Source: Monocercomonoides exilis PA203
Taxonomy: Eukaryota > Protista > Preaxostyla
DNA: 64,000 nucleotides
Reading direction: 5' to 3'
Assembly (NCBI GenBank): GCA_001643675.2
Contig: LSRY02000019.1
Span: 434,001-498,000 of the forward strand
Shown: positions 1 through 12,001 of the stretch, one piece after another
Layout of the letters: every line of letters begins with the position of its first letter
Position numbering within the stretch: position 1 is the stretch's first letter
Program-made: the position numbers and the translations under genes
The notes under the pieces: generated by a model
Seen by the model: the letters and a program-made list of their open reading frames with translations, nothing else
What the model was told of the DNA's origin: nothing
Databases searched by the model: none

Positions 1-318
1 TTGAAAACACAAAATAAAGTTAATGTGAATTGGCCCACAAAAGCTAAAAGCTCTGCAACATTTATGAAGGAAAAGTTAAACATTATCGTACAAATATTAT
101 TTAATCTTCGAAATAAATAGAATAAAAAGGAACGAAACTCATTGATTTAAACTTTGTTGAACGAACTATCTCGTATATAAACAATTGAAAATATGAATAA
201 TTGCTCTTGAAAGAAAAAATGAAGAAAAAAACGCTTGAATAACAAAACAAAAATAAAATCAAAAAATAATCACAAAACATGTCGGAAAATATAAAAAATG
301 TAATTTTTTCTGGTTCTC

Positions 319-2133
319 CTATCTTATGAAAAAGCAGCAAAGACACAGTAATTCGAAAAACGCTTTTGAAAAATTTGTATGAAATATAACATCGAGGAAA
401 ACGCATAAAATGCCGATCAAAATTATTCCAACTACTACACCAACTATTATCGCAACTGTGACCCATGGTTTAGATTTCTTATTCTTTTTACTGTTATCTG
501 AAGGACGAGTGATAAGATGATCCTTTATGCCGCGCTCCTCAACCACAATTGATGGGCTTGCAGATGACGTGGAACAGCCTGAGAACATCGCTTGGGACAC
601 TACTCTATCGTAATCTGTTGCGTAATATACATCGTTTCCGTCTTTTACAGCAGTGTTGCTTAGAAACGAGACAGACTTAAATTTGATCGGAGGATTTTCG
701 GCAGACGCAGAGGCATCAACGCTGCCAGTTACAAAGACACCCCCACCTACCCCGTCGTTTGCGCTGCACGACGCAAACTGGCAATTTTCTATCAAAATGC
801 TTCCACGTGCATTGAGTACGCACAGGCCCCCGCCGCCTGTAGCGCCTGAAAGAATGCCTGTGCTTATGCACGATGTGAAAACTAAGTCATTCAAATAGCA
901 TTTTTTCGCACCTTCATTCACAAATATTGCTCCTCCAAGAGATCCGTTGCAATTGAAAAACGTGCAATGTTCAACTGAGGAATGATTCCCTAGACATAAA
1001 GCCCCACCCCGAGATAATTCATTGGAATTCTGAATGTCTTGAAATGAAGATGACGAAGAAGCTAGTATTTTTGCGGCACAATCTCTAAAAACGCAATTTG
1101 CAATTCTGACGTCTTGATCTAGATTTGTTTCTGACGCATATATCCCTCCTCCTGCTGCAAAAGTTGCATGAGAAGATCGACATCTCGCAAATGAACAATT
1201 TTCAACTTTTAAGATTCCCTCGCTAATCATTTCTATTGCGCCACCTTTTCCGTTTTTATTAATGCAATCTTCAAAAGTATCCCCAAAAAAGGTTCTATTT
1301 CCGGAAATACGTTGAGGATCCTGATAGGTTGTAAGGCAGCGTCTGTAAGTATTATTTGAAGAAATAAATTTTTGATCTCTGTTTATTCCTGGAATTATTT
1401 GACCATATATTCCATTTTCAACATCAAAAAATGTTGAGTCAGTAATTTGTGATGTCGAATGAAATGAAGGGTATTGTGATGCTTCTTTACTCGGTGAAGA
1501 TGCAAATGAAGTTGTTGATATATTTCGGAAAATACAAGAGCCCAAAGATACAAATACATCGCCACTTGAAGACAAAAAAAGCAAAGAATGGTGATGTTGA
1601 CGTAATAAAGAAGGGAATTTCAATGATTCTGCTAAAAGTGATCCTCCTTTCAAAGGGAATGAAGCCAACGAATTAAAAGAAAAAGAATTATTATTATGTT
1701 TAAGTAATGACACATTATTGAAAGAAAGACAACTTTCATCACATGAAAATGGTATTGCCTCATCGTTTTCTATATAAATATTGCATTTGGAAAATGACAT
1801 TGTTGAAAATTTTGAAATATTCACAAAGCAGCTCTCAACATGGCTAAATACTATTGAGTCAAATACCAATGATGAATTTGTCAAAGTTCCCCAGAATTTT
1901 TCTGTATCCCCTTCCTCATTCAACGTAGTACCAGAAGTGATGTTTGTGTTTGTGGAATAAAATAGTTTATGCCCAATGATTGACGGTATATTCATCTCAG
2001 CGTTAGAAAGGAAATACTCGTTGTTGAAGTGATCGCTTCTCATTTTACTTAAATAGATAGATGATGTAATCGATAAATCATTAAATTCACTTCCAAGGAC
2101 ATTTTGTAAAAGTAATAATAACAGAAACATCAA
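319..2133 (-). CDS. Type I membrane surface protein with pectin-lyase-like/Pmp-like beta-helix repeats (604 aa, single exon)
   Basis: N-terminal signal peptide (MMFLLLLLLQNVLG); repeated GGA[IL]/F..C motifs (GKGGAIEM, AGGGIYA, RGGALCL, LGGAIFV); TM helix VTVAIIVGVVVGIILIGILCVFL; short Cys-rich tail LCLCCFFIR. Confidence 0.85.
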   Translation of the reverse strand: MMFLLLLLLQNVLGSEFNDLSITSSIYLSKMRSDHFNNEYFLSNAEMNIPSIIGHKLFYSTNTNITSGTTLNEEGDTEKFWGTLTNSSLVFDSIVFSHVESCFVNISKFSTMSFSKCNIYIENDEAIPFSCDESCLSFNNVSLLKHNNNSFSFNSLASFPLKGGSLLAESLKFPSLLRQHHHSLLFLSSSGDVFVSLGSCIFRNISTTSFASSPSKEASQYPSFHSTSQITDSTFFDVENGIYGQIIPGINRDQKFISSNNTYRRCLTTYQDPQRISGNRTFFGDTFEDCINKNGKGGAIEMISEGILKVENCSFARCRSSHATFAAGGGIYASETNLDQDVRIANCVFRDCAAKILASSSSSFQDIQNSNELSRGGALCLGNHSSVEHCTFFNCNGSLGGAIFVNEGAKKCYLNDLVFTSCISTGILSGATGGGGLCVLNARGSILIENCQFASCSANDGVGGGVFVTGSVDASASAENPPIKFKSVSFLSNTAVKDGNDVYYATDYDRVVSQAMFSGCSTSSASPSIVVEERGIKDHLITRPSDNSKKNKKSKPWVTVAIIVGVVVGIILIGILCVFLDVIFHTNFSKAFFELLCLCCFFIR

Positions 2134-2749
2134 AGCTCTTGATCTTGATAATATTATTCATCTTTTAGAAATTATTTTTGATGAATAGAACTTTAACAAA
2201 TTTATTCAACAAATTTTCCAATATTAGATCAATCTGAATTAGGCCTCTGCGACACATATTTTTTACATGCAATTTGTCGGTCGAGAAATTATTCATTTGT
2301 CGAAAAGATTGATATGATTGTTTTTTCCCGAATTTTACAATTCGTGAATATATCTGTATTACCTAAATTTCACTGTTTTTTTTCTTTTTATTTTTTATTT
2401 TTTATTTTTTATTTTTATAATTTATTAATTTTTTAATTTTTTAATTTTTTTTATTTTTTTTAATTTTTTTAATTTTAGAAAATTTTCAACCATGATAATA
2501 ATATATTTTGTGTTTTGAAAACATATGAGAAATTTTTGAAAAAACTGGAGAAGATATATGAAAGGAATCCCAAAGATTACTGTTTTGTGATAAATTCAAT
2601 GATTATGAATGGAAGATTTTTGTGATATCTTTGCTGTTGATGTGGATTTGATAAATGGCGATAATTTTAACGTTGTTATTTAAAAAGCTCGAAGAAAAAT
2701 AACTCATGCATTAAAATTTTTCTATTCTTCTTCTTCATCCTCTTCCATT

Positions 2750-4336
2750 TCATTTGCTCCTTTGCTTCTGCCCACTTCAACACAGCCATCTTCAATTGAC
2801 ACTCAATTTCCATTTCATGCCGCTTCATCACAGCACCTCACATTACACTCTTCAACTCCATCTTTCATATAACAAGTGCCTTAACTTTCTCTTTTTCCTC
2901 CTCCTCCTCTTCTCATATCCTTCCTTCACCTCTTCTCAGTCGTTTTAATTAACCCAACTCCATCCTCTTCCCTTCATCCAATCACCTCCCGCTCTTTCCA
3001 GCTCACTCCGATGTCTCCTTTCTCCACTGCCAGGCTCCTATCCACTCCACCTGCTTCTCTCTTCTGCGGCATTTCTCCCGCACGCACCGCTCGCCTGCGC
3101 CCGCTCGCACAAAGTGTCGATAGAACAATACATCGTATGCTTTTAAATAGAATTGATTAATTTACAACTTTTTATAATTGATTTATTGATTTATTGATTT
3201 CTTCGACTTTGTTGATTTTATTTATTTATCCATATCAACGTTTCATAAACATCTCATAAAAGAAGAATCACAACGTCCATCATCAGCATCAAGACAACAA
3301 CTTCCCGCTCTTCGTCGACCTTCTTCTCCTTCTTCCTCCTCCTTCTCTTCTTCTTCTTCCGCATTCACTCCAGGACGTCCTGTTGTCCGAGACTACCCTC
3401 TATTCCAAGGCCAAACACAAACGCAATCACAAAATTTGAATCAAATTCAAAGTCAAAATCAAACCCAATTCACTCCTCGCTTCACCAACCCGTTTGCTTC
3501 TGATGATTCAGATGTGATTGTGTGGGAAGCAACAGACAGACTGAAAAACACCAATGCCAATTTCTGTCCATTTTCTGATGCTTCTTCTTTTTCTACTTCT
3601 TCTCAAATGAGAGCTTCATCTGCTGGCGGAGGCGGAAAAAGCAGAAGAATGGTGCTTCCACCTCTTTCTGCTGTGAGACAGGCGAAAGAGAGAGGGATGA
3701 CATCGAGGAATGTACATGGAAGAGAAGGAAGAGGAGAAGGAGAAAGAGAAGGAGGAGAAGGAGGAGAAGGAGGAGAAGGAGGAGAAGGAGGAGAAGGAAG
3801 TGAAATCAATAGAAATGGAGATGTGAGTGTGGGTGTGGATGAGAATGATCCGATTGTGCAGACAGCAACGATGCTGATGAATTCGAAGATGCAGAGAGCG
3901 TTAGCTGCTTGGAATGTGGACAAGCTGAAGGTTGTGTTAATTCTGTTGATTGAAATCATGGAGTTGATATTTATTTGTGATTATTCTTTTATATATATGT
4001 TGCAATTTTAAATGATGTCATTTATTTTTATTATTTAATATTATTATGATCATCTTTCTTTCTTTATTTTTTTCTTTCTATGTGTATAAATGAAATATCA
4101 ACCATTCTATTCCACTTCCCTTCACTTCCCTCTTCTTCCCTCTTCTTCCCCCTCAGGATTTTTCACCCGAAGCAATCGCCAAGCTGAGCAAGCGGCTTCA
4201 TTCGAAGGATCCAATTGCAGATGCCGAGATGCTGTTGAGAGATTTGAAGCACAACGAGATGGTGGAAGAGAAGGAAAGGACAAAAGGAAGATGGGAGTTC
4301 ACTATTGATGGGGTTAAGAGAGAAAGACAGGTTTGA
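2750..4336 (+). pseudogene. Intron-containing gene fragment (3' part of an unknown Ser-rich protein) inside the TIR element
   Basis: Phase-compatible introns 3135-3262 (GTATG..AAAG) and 3931-~4157 (GTTGT..TCAG) join PITSRSFQLTP..DRTIHQ / ESQRPSS..WNVDKLK / DFSPEAIAKLSK..KRERQV*. The 5' part near 2880-2950 is frame-broken and has no convincing start. Confidence 0.6.
3751..3797 (+). repeat. (GGAGGAGAA)n tandem repeat encoding GGE repeats
   Basis: About five 9-bp units visible directly. Confidence 0.9.
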
Positions 4337-4479
4337 TAGAAAGGATGAAATTTTTTATTTATTTTTGAGAAAGAGAGAGAAGGAGAGAAGAAGAGAAAGA
4401 GAAAGAAAAGGATTTTGTGATGTAATTGTTGTTTCATTGCACTTTTTGAGTGACTTTTATTAAGCGATTTAATATTTTT

Positions 4480-4950
4480 GGATTTTTTTTTGAAATAATT
4501 TGATTTTGTGGTGAATTTCATTCAATGATAATCTTCTTTTCCATTTCACACATCTTTCTAAACTTTATTACCATTTTCTTGTCAAATTTCTACGTCACTA
4601 TCTTCTTCTTCTTCTTCTCCTCCTCCTCCTCCTCCTCCTCTTCATCACATGATTTTTTTAAAATCTTTTATTTCTTCTTCCTCTTCTTCTCATTCTCATT
4701 CTTCCCCCTTTCACCTTCTCTCTTCTTTCAAACAATTTCTTTCCGATAAATAGGATGTTCTTCGCTCCATCAGACTATTTTTTCATTTCAGCAACCTTCT
4801 TTTCTATAGTCTCTTCGGCTTCGCATATTGCTCCATCAGATCCTTCATCATCATTGAAGTTTCCTAATATTCATGCCATCTCACAAACGCACTCCAATAG
4901 AGCGACATTTCTTTCTCTGGATTATACGAAATTATCTGAACTTCGTTTTA
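4480..4950 (-). pseudogene. Decayed Glu/Lys/Gly-rich coding remnant, second cargo piece of the TIR element
   Basis: Minus strand reads as E/K-rich coding-like sequence (EKKVAEMKK, LFEREEKVKGEE, EEEEEDSDVE) interrupted by many stops. Confidence 0.35.
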
Positions 4951-6013
4951 TTCACTTTTTGTGTTTAGAAAATAGAATTTCGACCCTTATATGTTATCAC
5001 AGTTTCATGTTATAGAAAAAGAATCGCATCATATATTTTTGTGCAAATTTTAACTTTGAACAAAAGATTTTTACAATTATTAGTTACAATAACAGTCTTC
5101 AAACAACCATTTTATCATTTCATAGAATTACCGCAACAATCAAATGTTATGACTGAAACAACGTTATCAAATATGAATAAAAAAATCTAAAACAAAACAA
5201 AACAAAAAAAATAAATAAATAAATGTTTGTAGTTTGAAACACACAAAACTCTGTTTCTTCTTGAAAATAATGATTAAAAAGCGTTGTTTGAACAATGCAA
5301 CATTTTAAATAAAATTTATCCAAATCATTGAACTTCAAAAAAAGAAATCGAAGCAAGCATGATTCAAAAATGAAAAAAAGTGAAATCTTCAAGTCAGTGA
5401 AAGTCTCAAAATAAAAAATAATAATTATTTGTTAAAAAATCATTTATTCACATTTATATTTTACAACTCGACTGATTTTTGTCAAACGACAGATCTTTGT
5501 CGTTCGACTGATCTCGACAAAGATCTGTCTATAACCCATTTTTATTATTAGAATTTTTGAAAAAAATAAAAAATTATAATTTTTCATTTCCATATTTAAT
5601 AATGAATATTTATCGATAAAAAAACATAAATTATGATTTTATTTCGTTTTTCATTAACAAAAAATTAAAAAAAATGAAAAAATCTTTTTAATAATTAAAA
5701 AATTAAACTCGACAAAATTGTCGGTCGAGTTGTCGAGTTGTTTAAAAAATGTCGGTCTGTCGCAGAGGCTTAATCTGAATTTTGTCCAACTTTTTTGAAT
5801 TGACTGTATCAATTCTGATTTGGCTCAATCTTGTTTGTTATCAAGAAATAAGAATTTATATAACAAATTTGATCATATTAGAGAAATATTTAACTTGTAT
5901 TTTGATGTTTAGCAATTTATTTTTATCAACATTTTTATCCGTTATTCGCATGGCAGTTTGCTATATATAGTTGGTATACATTTAGTTCTTCAATGTGAAA
6001 AAGTCCGAAAATA

Positions 6014-6410
6014 CAGATATCGCATAAAATACAGGACATCGCACAAAATACCGGACAAGATCGTTTTCTCAATAACCACTCACAGAGAAAATCTGATAAT
6101 ATTCCTCCAAATATATCATAACAATACTAACTCATTTGACATACAAAACTTTCAAAATGGCTTCATTTGTGCTTAGAAAAAAATAATTTTCAAAATCTAG
6201 GAAAAAAAGGATTGAGAGTTTCTCCGAGATTACAAAAAATTTTTTTTAAATATTCAGTCTGCACGGAAATGAAAGTCTGATATGCCAAATGAGTTTGTAT
6301 TGTTAAGATATCTTTAGAGGAATATTATCAGATTTTCTCTTTGAGTGGTTATTGAGAAAACGATCTTGTCCGGTATTTTGTGCGATGTCCGGTGTTTTAT
6401 GCAATATCTT
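6014..6410. mobile_element. Foldback MITE, Tc1/mariner-type (TA TSD), family A copy 1
   Basis: TA|CAGATATCGCATAAAATACAGGACATCGCACAAAATACCGGACAAGATCG...CGATCTTGTCCGGTATTTTGTGCGATGTCCGGTGTTTTATGCAATATCTT|TA; inverted arms of about 140 bp. Confidence 0.85.
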
Positions 6411-7199
6411 TAATATTCATGTCTGTCTTTTTGAAAATGATAATGCTGAAATTTTGAATAACAAAAAAAAGTGAAAAGAATGGCAAAGAATAATAAATAT
6501 TTTATAAATAATTTGACATAAAGGTAGATAACTTGGCATCTTTCAAGATTATTTCGATGATTGTGCATTTGTTTTTTTTTGAATAAAAATTTTTGGAACA
6601 AAACAAAAACCAGCAAAATAATCCACTTTCCGAAAAGAGTAATTGGGTGATTTTTTTTGATGTCATAAAAAATTGGGACAAAATATTTTGCTTAATGAAT
6701 TTTGTTCCATACAATATTTGCGAAAGTTTTTTTCAATTTAGGAATTATTCAGTAATTATTTGTATTGTTACGATTGATTTTTTATGATATGATTGTCGAA
6801 AAAGTTTGGAACAAATCTCAGTTTTTTTCATAATTGCAAAAATTTTGCCCCAATTACTAAGTTTGAACAAAAAATTTTTCATTAAGGGTGGGGTTGAATC
6901 GATAATATTTCTGAAAAAATTTGCAAAAATTTGTATTACTATGTTATTATAATAATTAATTTGTTGATTTTAAATTTATTTAAATTGTTTTTATTACGAA
7001 TTTTGAAAAAAACAAAAAAAAAATTCAAAAAATTTCGAAAATTTGATTAACAGAAAAAAACAAAAGTTTACTGATTTGTAAAACATGAAAACAATTATAA
7101 CAATATGCTATTAATTTATTTTCTGTACAAAATTAGTTTAATGACGCTATTGGAAAGAAATTGCAAAATTGATAAAGAAGATCCACAAACATTTATTGA

Positions 7200-10100
7200 A
7201 AACAAATAAATTTCAAAGTTTAAACAACTCATTCACGATCATCTTTTACTATATTCATTTCTCCATCAAATGCATCGATTTCCTTCCGTTCTGAAAACAA
7301 AATATTATTGCTTTCCACTCAATTCCATCTTTCTCAAAACAAGGAGCTCTGTATTTCTTCAAAGAATATCATCGTCAATTTCTATTCAAATTCCTTCATC
7401 ATGCACACTTTCCATATGAATTCGCTGTCCTAATTCGACAGTCACCCTTGATAACGAGAAATCCCTCTTTTATTCATTTTCATTAATTTGTGCCTGCTGC
7501 TCTGAAATGAATTCAAAATCAGTCAATAGACAAATATCCACATGTAAAAAAATAAATAAATACCAAACTGTCCTTCGACTGCATTTTTACATCATACTCA
7601 TCTTTGAAGACAACATCATTTAAAAAACTTTCCTCAAAGCTTCAACTTCTAATGACTGAATTCAATATGAAATTTTTCTCGACAAAATTTATTGTTTATC
7701 TTATAGGATGGTTTTCTCAGCCCACCTGCAGAACTGTTAATGTAAAGTCAAACTTATAAGTTTTTGTTATGATCTATACCTTTAAAATGTTTTCAACCAC
7801 ACAAACAATATATCGTGTTTATCTCATCAATAACATATAGTGGACGGATATGGAGCTGAGAGGAGATGAAAGAGGATTATTTGTGGGAGAGGGCGGGAGC
7901 TGAGTATTTTTTAGAATGTTAATGTTTCTAGAGGGGCTTTTGTATGAAAGAAATTTTGAAACAAAAGGGTGGGGAAGGAGCATGTGGAGATTTGGAGAAG
8001 ATAATGCAGAAAATATAGAGAAGTGGATGAGGACGATGAAGGAGGTGATTATTGTTGATTGGAGAATATCATTTTTGTAGAGATATAAAACAGGGCAAAA
8101 GCGGGAAAGAAGAGGACAATTGAGAAATGTTCAAATGGAAGATGTGTATTTTTTTTAGGAGAGCAGAATACTTTTTGGAAGAGAGAAGAGAATGCTGAAG
8201 TAAAAGAGGGGATTAATATTTCATGAGAATATTTAGAGCTGAATGGAAGAGGAAAATTGAAAGAAAAAGAAATTGAGAGATTATAACATTTTCTGTTAGT
8301 GAAGGGTAAGGCAGGGATCCCACAAAAAGGGAGTCAATTAACTTTGAGGGAATGAAATTCTATTGATTCACTTGAATATGAAAATCAGAAATAAAACAAT
8401 CGGGATTATTATCTCCTTTCGAAGCCACAATGTTTAACGAAATTTTTTTTCATTCTACAACATCATTCAAAGCCTTTTCAAATCTTTTTTTGAAGAATTA
8501 TCAGACCGTTAATGGTTTTCTTTTTGTTTGCAATCATTTTCCTTCACCTTTTTCTTTTCCTTCCTCTACACCTTCCTCTACACCTTCCTCTTCACCTTCC
8601 TCTTCACCTTTATAATTCACTTCCTCTTCTTCTTTTGTGACATTTCCTTTCGCTTCGTGTGGATCAGGCAATCGACCTTCAGATCAAAGTGAGCTGTTCA
8701 GTCAGAAACTTGATTACATCATCAAAAAGTTTTATCATTTGATTGCCTGCTCTTAACAACAACGTCATAGATGTTGATGCCTTCTGCAGCTTCGCTGGAT
8801 GCACAACTGAACTTCTTTCCTCTTCTACAAAGGCGCGTTTCACTCTTCTTCAATACTTCGTACAGCTTCTGTAAGCAGGTTGTGCTGAATGTGGTGAATA
8901 GGATTTGAGCAAAGAATGGAAATGTGAAGAGGAAGGAGCTGCCAAGTACATCGCACTCATCCTCTCTGTTAATAACTCTGCCAAGGAGCGAAGAGCTAGA
9001 ATCGCATATTCAAATGGAAGAGACAATAAAAGCAATTCACAAAAGTAAGTTGAGTGCAGCTCAGATGAAAGTGAGACAACACGAAGAGCCAAAGGCGAAG
9101 ACGAAGACGAAGGAGAAATACGAGTTTTGCACATCACAAATTGATGCTTTCGACACAAGGCTTCTACAGGCAGTAATAGAAAGGAGGAGGAGGGATAAGT
9201 GAAGAGAAGAAGGAGGTGATGAAAATGAAGATGAACAACTGCAGATATTTTGCTCGCTCGACAGCACACTCTCATCTGCAAAGTTACACGTTGTAAACAT
9301 CACGGTCTCCTCAACATTTGCCACTCCTCCTTTTTCTCCATTGCCACACACCCAATTGTCTGCCTCTTCTGTTCTTGTTGGAACTACGCCGAAGTCACTC
9401 AGGCCTTCATCTCTAGCCGCAAACTCCTCTTCACTAACATAGAAATTCCTCTGCTTATGTGGCAGTAGCTCCACCTCTTCCTCTTCTTCTTCATCTATTT
9501 CTTCCTTCTCGCTGCCACCGATTGTGACTGTGCCGAATACTCGTGCGATTCTTGGGAAAAGCGTTTTAGGCAATGCAGGTGTGTTTTCAAGTAGCATGGT
9601 ATCAGCTCCGAGTGATGTGCTTGAGCAGCAGAGGATGGTGCTGAACTATACAGCTCATGTGGCTTGATTGAAAATTCGTGTGGATTGTGAAAATGATGAG
9701 AAAAAGGAAAAGATGGATTTGGCAGAGAGATTATAAAGGCACAGAAAAAAGTTTCTCATAAAAGAATAAGAAGAAAGCTGATGAGGAAAAAGCCTGTGAA
9801 AATTCCAACCACCATTTTTTCAGTTTTCCTTCCTGAAATCAAAAATCGAAGTTGAATTCAGCAGTAAATTATCGAAACTCGAAAAGTTTCTCAACGTATG
9901 CATTTTCTAACAAATCATCTTTATTCAGTTCTTCTTCGTTTCCCATATTGTCACCATCTTCTCCATTGTCTTCTACTCCTTCTCCTCGTCCTTCGTTCTC
10001 TTCTTCTTCTTCTTTACCATTTTTTTCATCTTATTTTTGCTCCTCTTCTTCTTCTCCAAAATTGCAATTTACGTTACAATCTTTATTCTCAATTATTGGC

Positions 10101-10900
10101 AGTGCTTTCAGAATGACCAATCGAGAATTCCTTGTCGACGACTCAGGAGAAATCGATGAAGTTCTGCCCAACAACGATGAGAGCGAATAAGGATGAGAGC
10201 AAGGAAATGCGAATGATAAGGATAAAGTCTTCAGGATGAGCCAAACTCCGCTATGGATGGAAGAACTGGATAAGCTGTTGTTTTACTGCTTCTAATGCTG
10301 CTGAGAACCGAAGGAAGAGAGAGAAGGGAGTGGATTTTGAAGAAGAGAAGTGAACAGTTTTGAACATCGAAATGAGTCGCTTGTGAAGCTAATGATAAAG
10401 AATCTATCGTGTGTATTGAGTATGATGATTGGGAGAGAGTCAAATGAGAAAAAAGCAACCAAAGGCGAAAAGGAAGAACAGATAAAGAGGATGAGGAAGA
10501 TGAAAGTGAGAAAGAAATAGCATGTACAAAAAAAAGAATGTTGGTTGAGGAGAATTCAATGTTAATTTCGACACATGAACTGCAAGAGCAGGTATTTTGG
10601 AAGAACACTCAACGAACAAAAGGAGAGTTTTAAAATGAGGAATGGAAATGAAAGGAAACGATATAGTCTTTTGAGAAGGAAATTTTAACTGCATTTGCAA
10701 ATTGATTTAAAGAGAAGTTTCGATGTTAAATCAATAGTTATTATTAACTGCAGTTTCCTGAATAACACAAACTCTGTTTGCTGATTCTGTTGAACCACAC
10801 AGCTGAAACGGAGATTTGACAAAACAGTTTTTGCTGAAGAACTGGAAGAAAACAAACCTTTATCATCCTTTATAAATCATAAGTTTTTTATCTTCATTAC
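7200..10900 (-). pseudogene. Long decayed protein-coding region of unknown identity
   Basis: Coding-like composition with short broken minus-strand ORFs in shifting frames (9061-9597, 8850-9281, 10231-10608, 10440-10700) and many stops. No intact gene model could be built. Confidence 0.55.
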
Positions 10901-11386
10901 GATATTTTCCATTCTTTATTTAAAGTGTTCTTTCAGTATTTGCATTGTTAAGCATGTTATCAAACTTTTTATTTTCTTTTAAAAAATTGAAAAATCAATT
11001 TTTTTTGAAACTTGATCAAAAAATACTTTTTAACTTAAAACATATAAAAGGTGTATGAATTTTCGTATTAATAAAAAAACAAATTTAATTCACAGAAATA
11101 AAGCAAAATACTTGCAAAAAATCAATTTTACTCTTTGATCAACAAATACCACAATAAAATTTATTTTTTTTGATTTTAGATAATTTTTTATGTTTTCAAA
11201 AAAAATCACCCAATTATTACAAAAATTATCGCATAAATAATAACAAATTTTGAAGGTGTCAGTAAAATCACTTGCATTTTTTTTTTCCTATGAATTCAAT
11301 TGAATGATACAAAAGCACTTTCCAAAATAAACCCAAAAATGAGAGACCTGGAAAACATTTCATTTCGTCATTACTGTTTGTGCAAT

Positions 11387-11753
11387 AAATACTGGACAAG
11401 ATCGATTTCACAATTATCACAAGAGCAATTATTCTGTTTATTTTCCTCTAAATATATCTCATCAATACACACTCAATTGACAAACGAGACTTTCAAAATA
11501 GTTTCATTTGTGCTCAGAAAAAATTAATGATTGAAATCTCAGAGAAACTCAAAATCCTATTTCTCCGAAATTTCAATCATTAATTTTTTTCTGAGCACAA
11601 ATGAAACTATTTTGAAAGTCTCGTTTGTCAATTGAGTTTGTATTGACGAGGTGTGTTTTGAGGAAAATAAACAGAATAATTGTTCTTGTGGTTATTGTAA
11701 AATCGATCTTGTCCGGTATTTTGTGCGATGTCCGGTATTTTATGTGATATCTG
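11387..11753. mobile_element. Foldback MITE family A copy 2 (left TIR truncated)
   Basis: Near-perfect palindrome; right end ...GTCCGGTATTTTGTGCGATGTCCGGTATTTTATGTGATATCTG|TA matches the copy 1 terminus; left arm starts at AAATACTGGACAAGATCG, lacking the outer ~35 bp. Confidence 0.85.
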
Positions 11754-12001
11754 TATATCAAAATTCATTTTGTTAAAATATTCGTCTCATTTAACTATCA
11801 TAACTTTTACCAAATTTTCTTAAACGTTAAAGAATTTGAAAAAAAAAATATTTTGCAATCAATTATTAATGCGCGCTTGCTTCTTTTAAATTAAAATTTA
11901 AAAAGAGAATTGTTTGCTTTTCTAATTGTTAAAACTTTTTACAAATTCAACAAACAAAAATAAGTAAAATTTAATCCTAATAAAATGCTTTAAATAAAAA
12001 A

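Larger units (their letters stand above)
2241..5771. mobile_element. Non-autonomous TIR DNA transposon with 10-bp TSD (Mutator-like) carrying host-gene fragments
   Basis: Left end AGGCCTCTGCGACA (2241-2254); right end TGTCGCAGAGGCTT (5758-5771), 13/14 match. Exact direct repeat AATCTGAATT at 2231-2240 and 5772-5781. Subterminal TGTCGGTCGAG/CTCGAC motifs at both ends. No transposase ORF inside. Confidence 0.85.

Noticed and set aside
101-466. Short AT-rich F/I/L/K-rich ORFs throughout intergenic and MITE DNA
   Set aside because: Composition-driven spurious ORFs, many with non-ATG starts or lying within palindromic repeats.
319-2133. Bacterial (chlamydial Pmp) origin or contamination
   Set aside because: Eukaryotic signal peptide/TM architecture, no autotransporter barrel, a related module elsewhere in the window, and contiguity with intron-containing genes.
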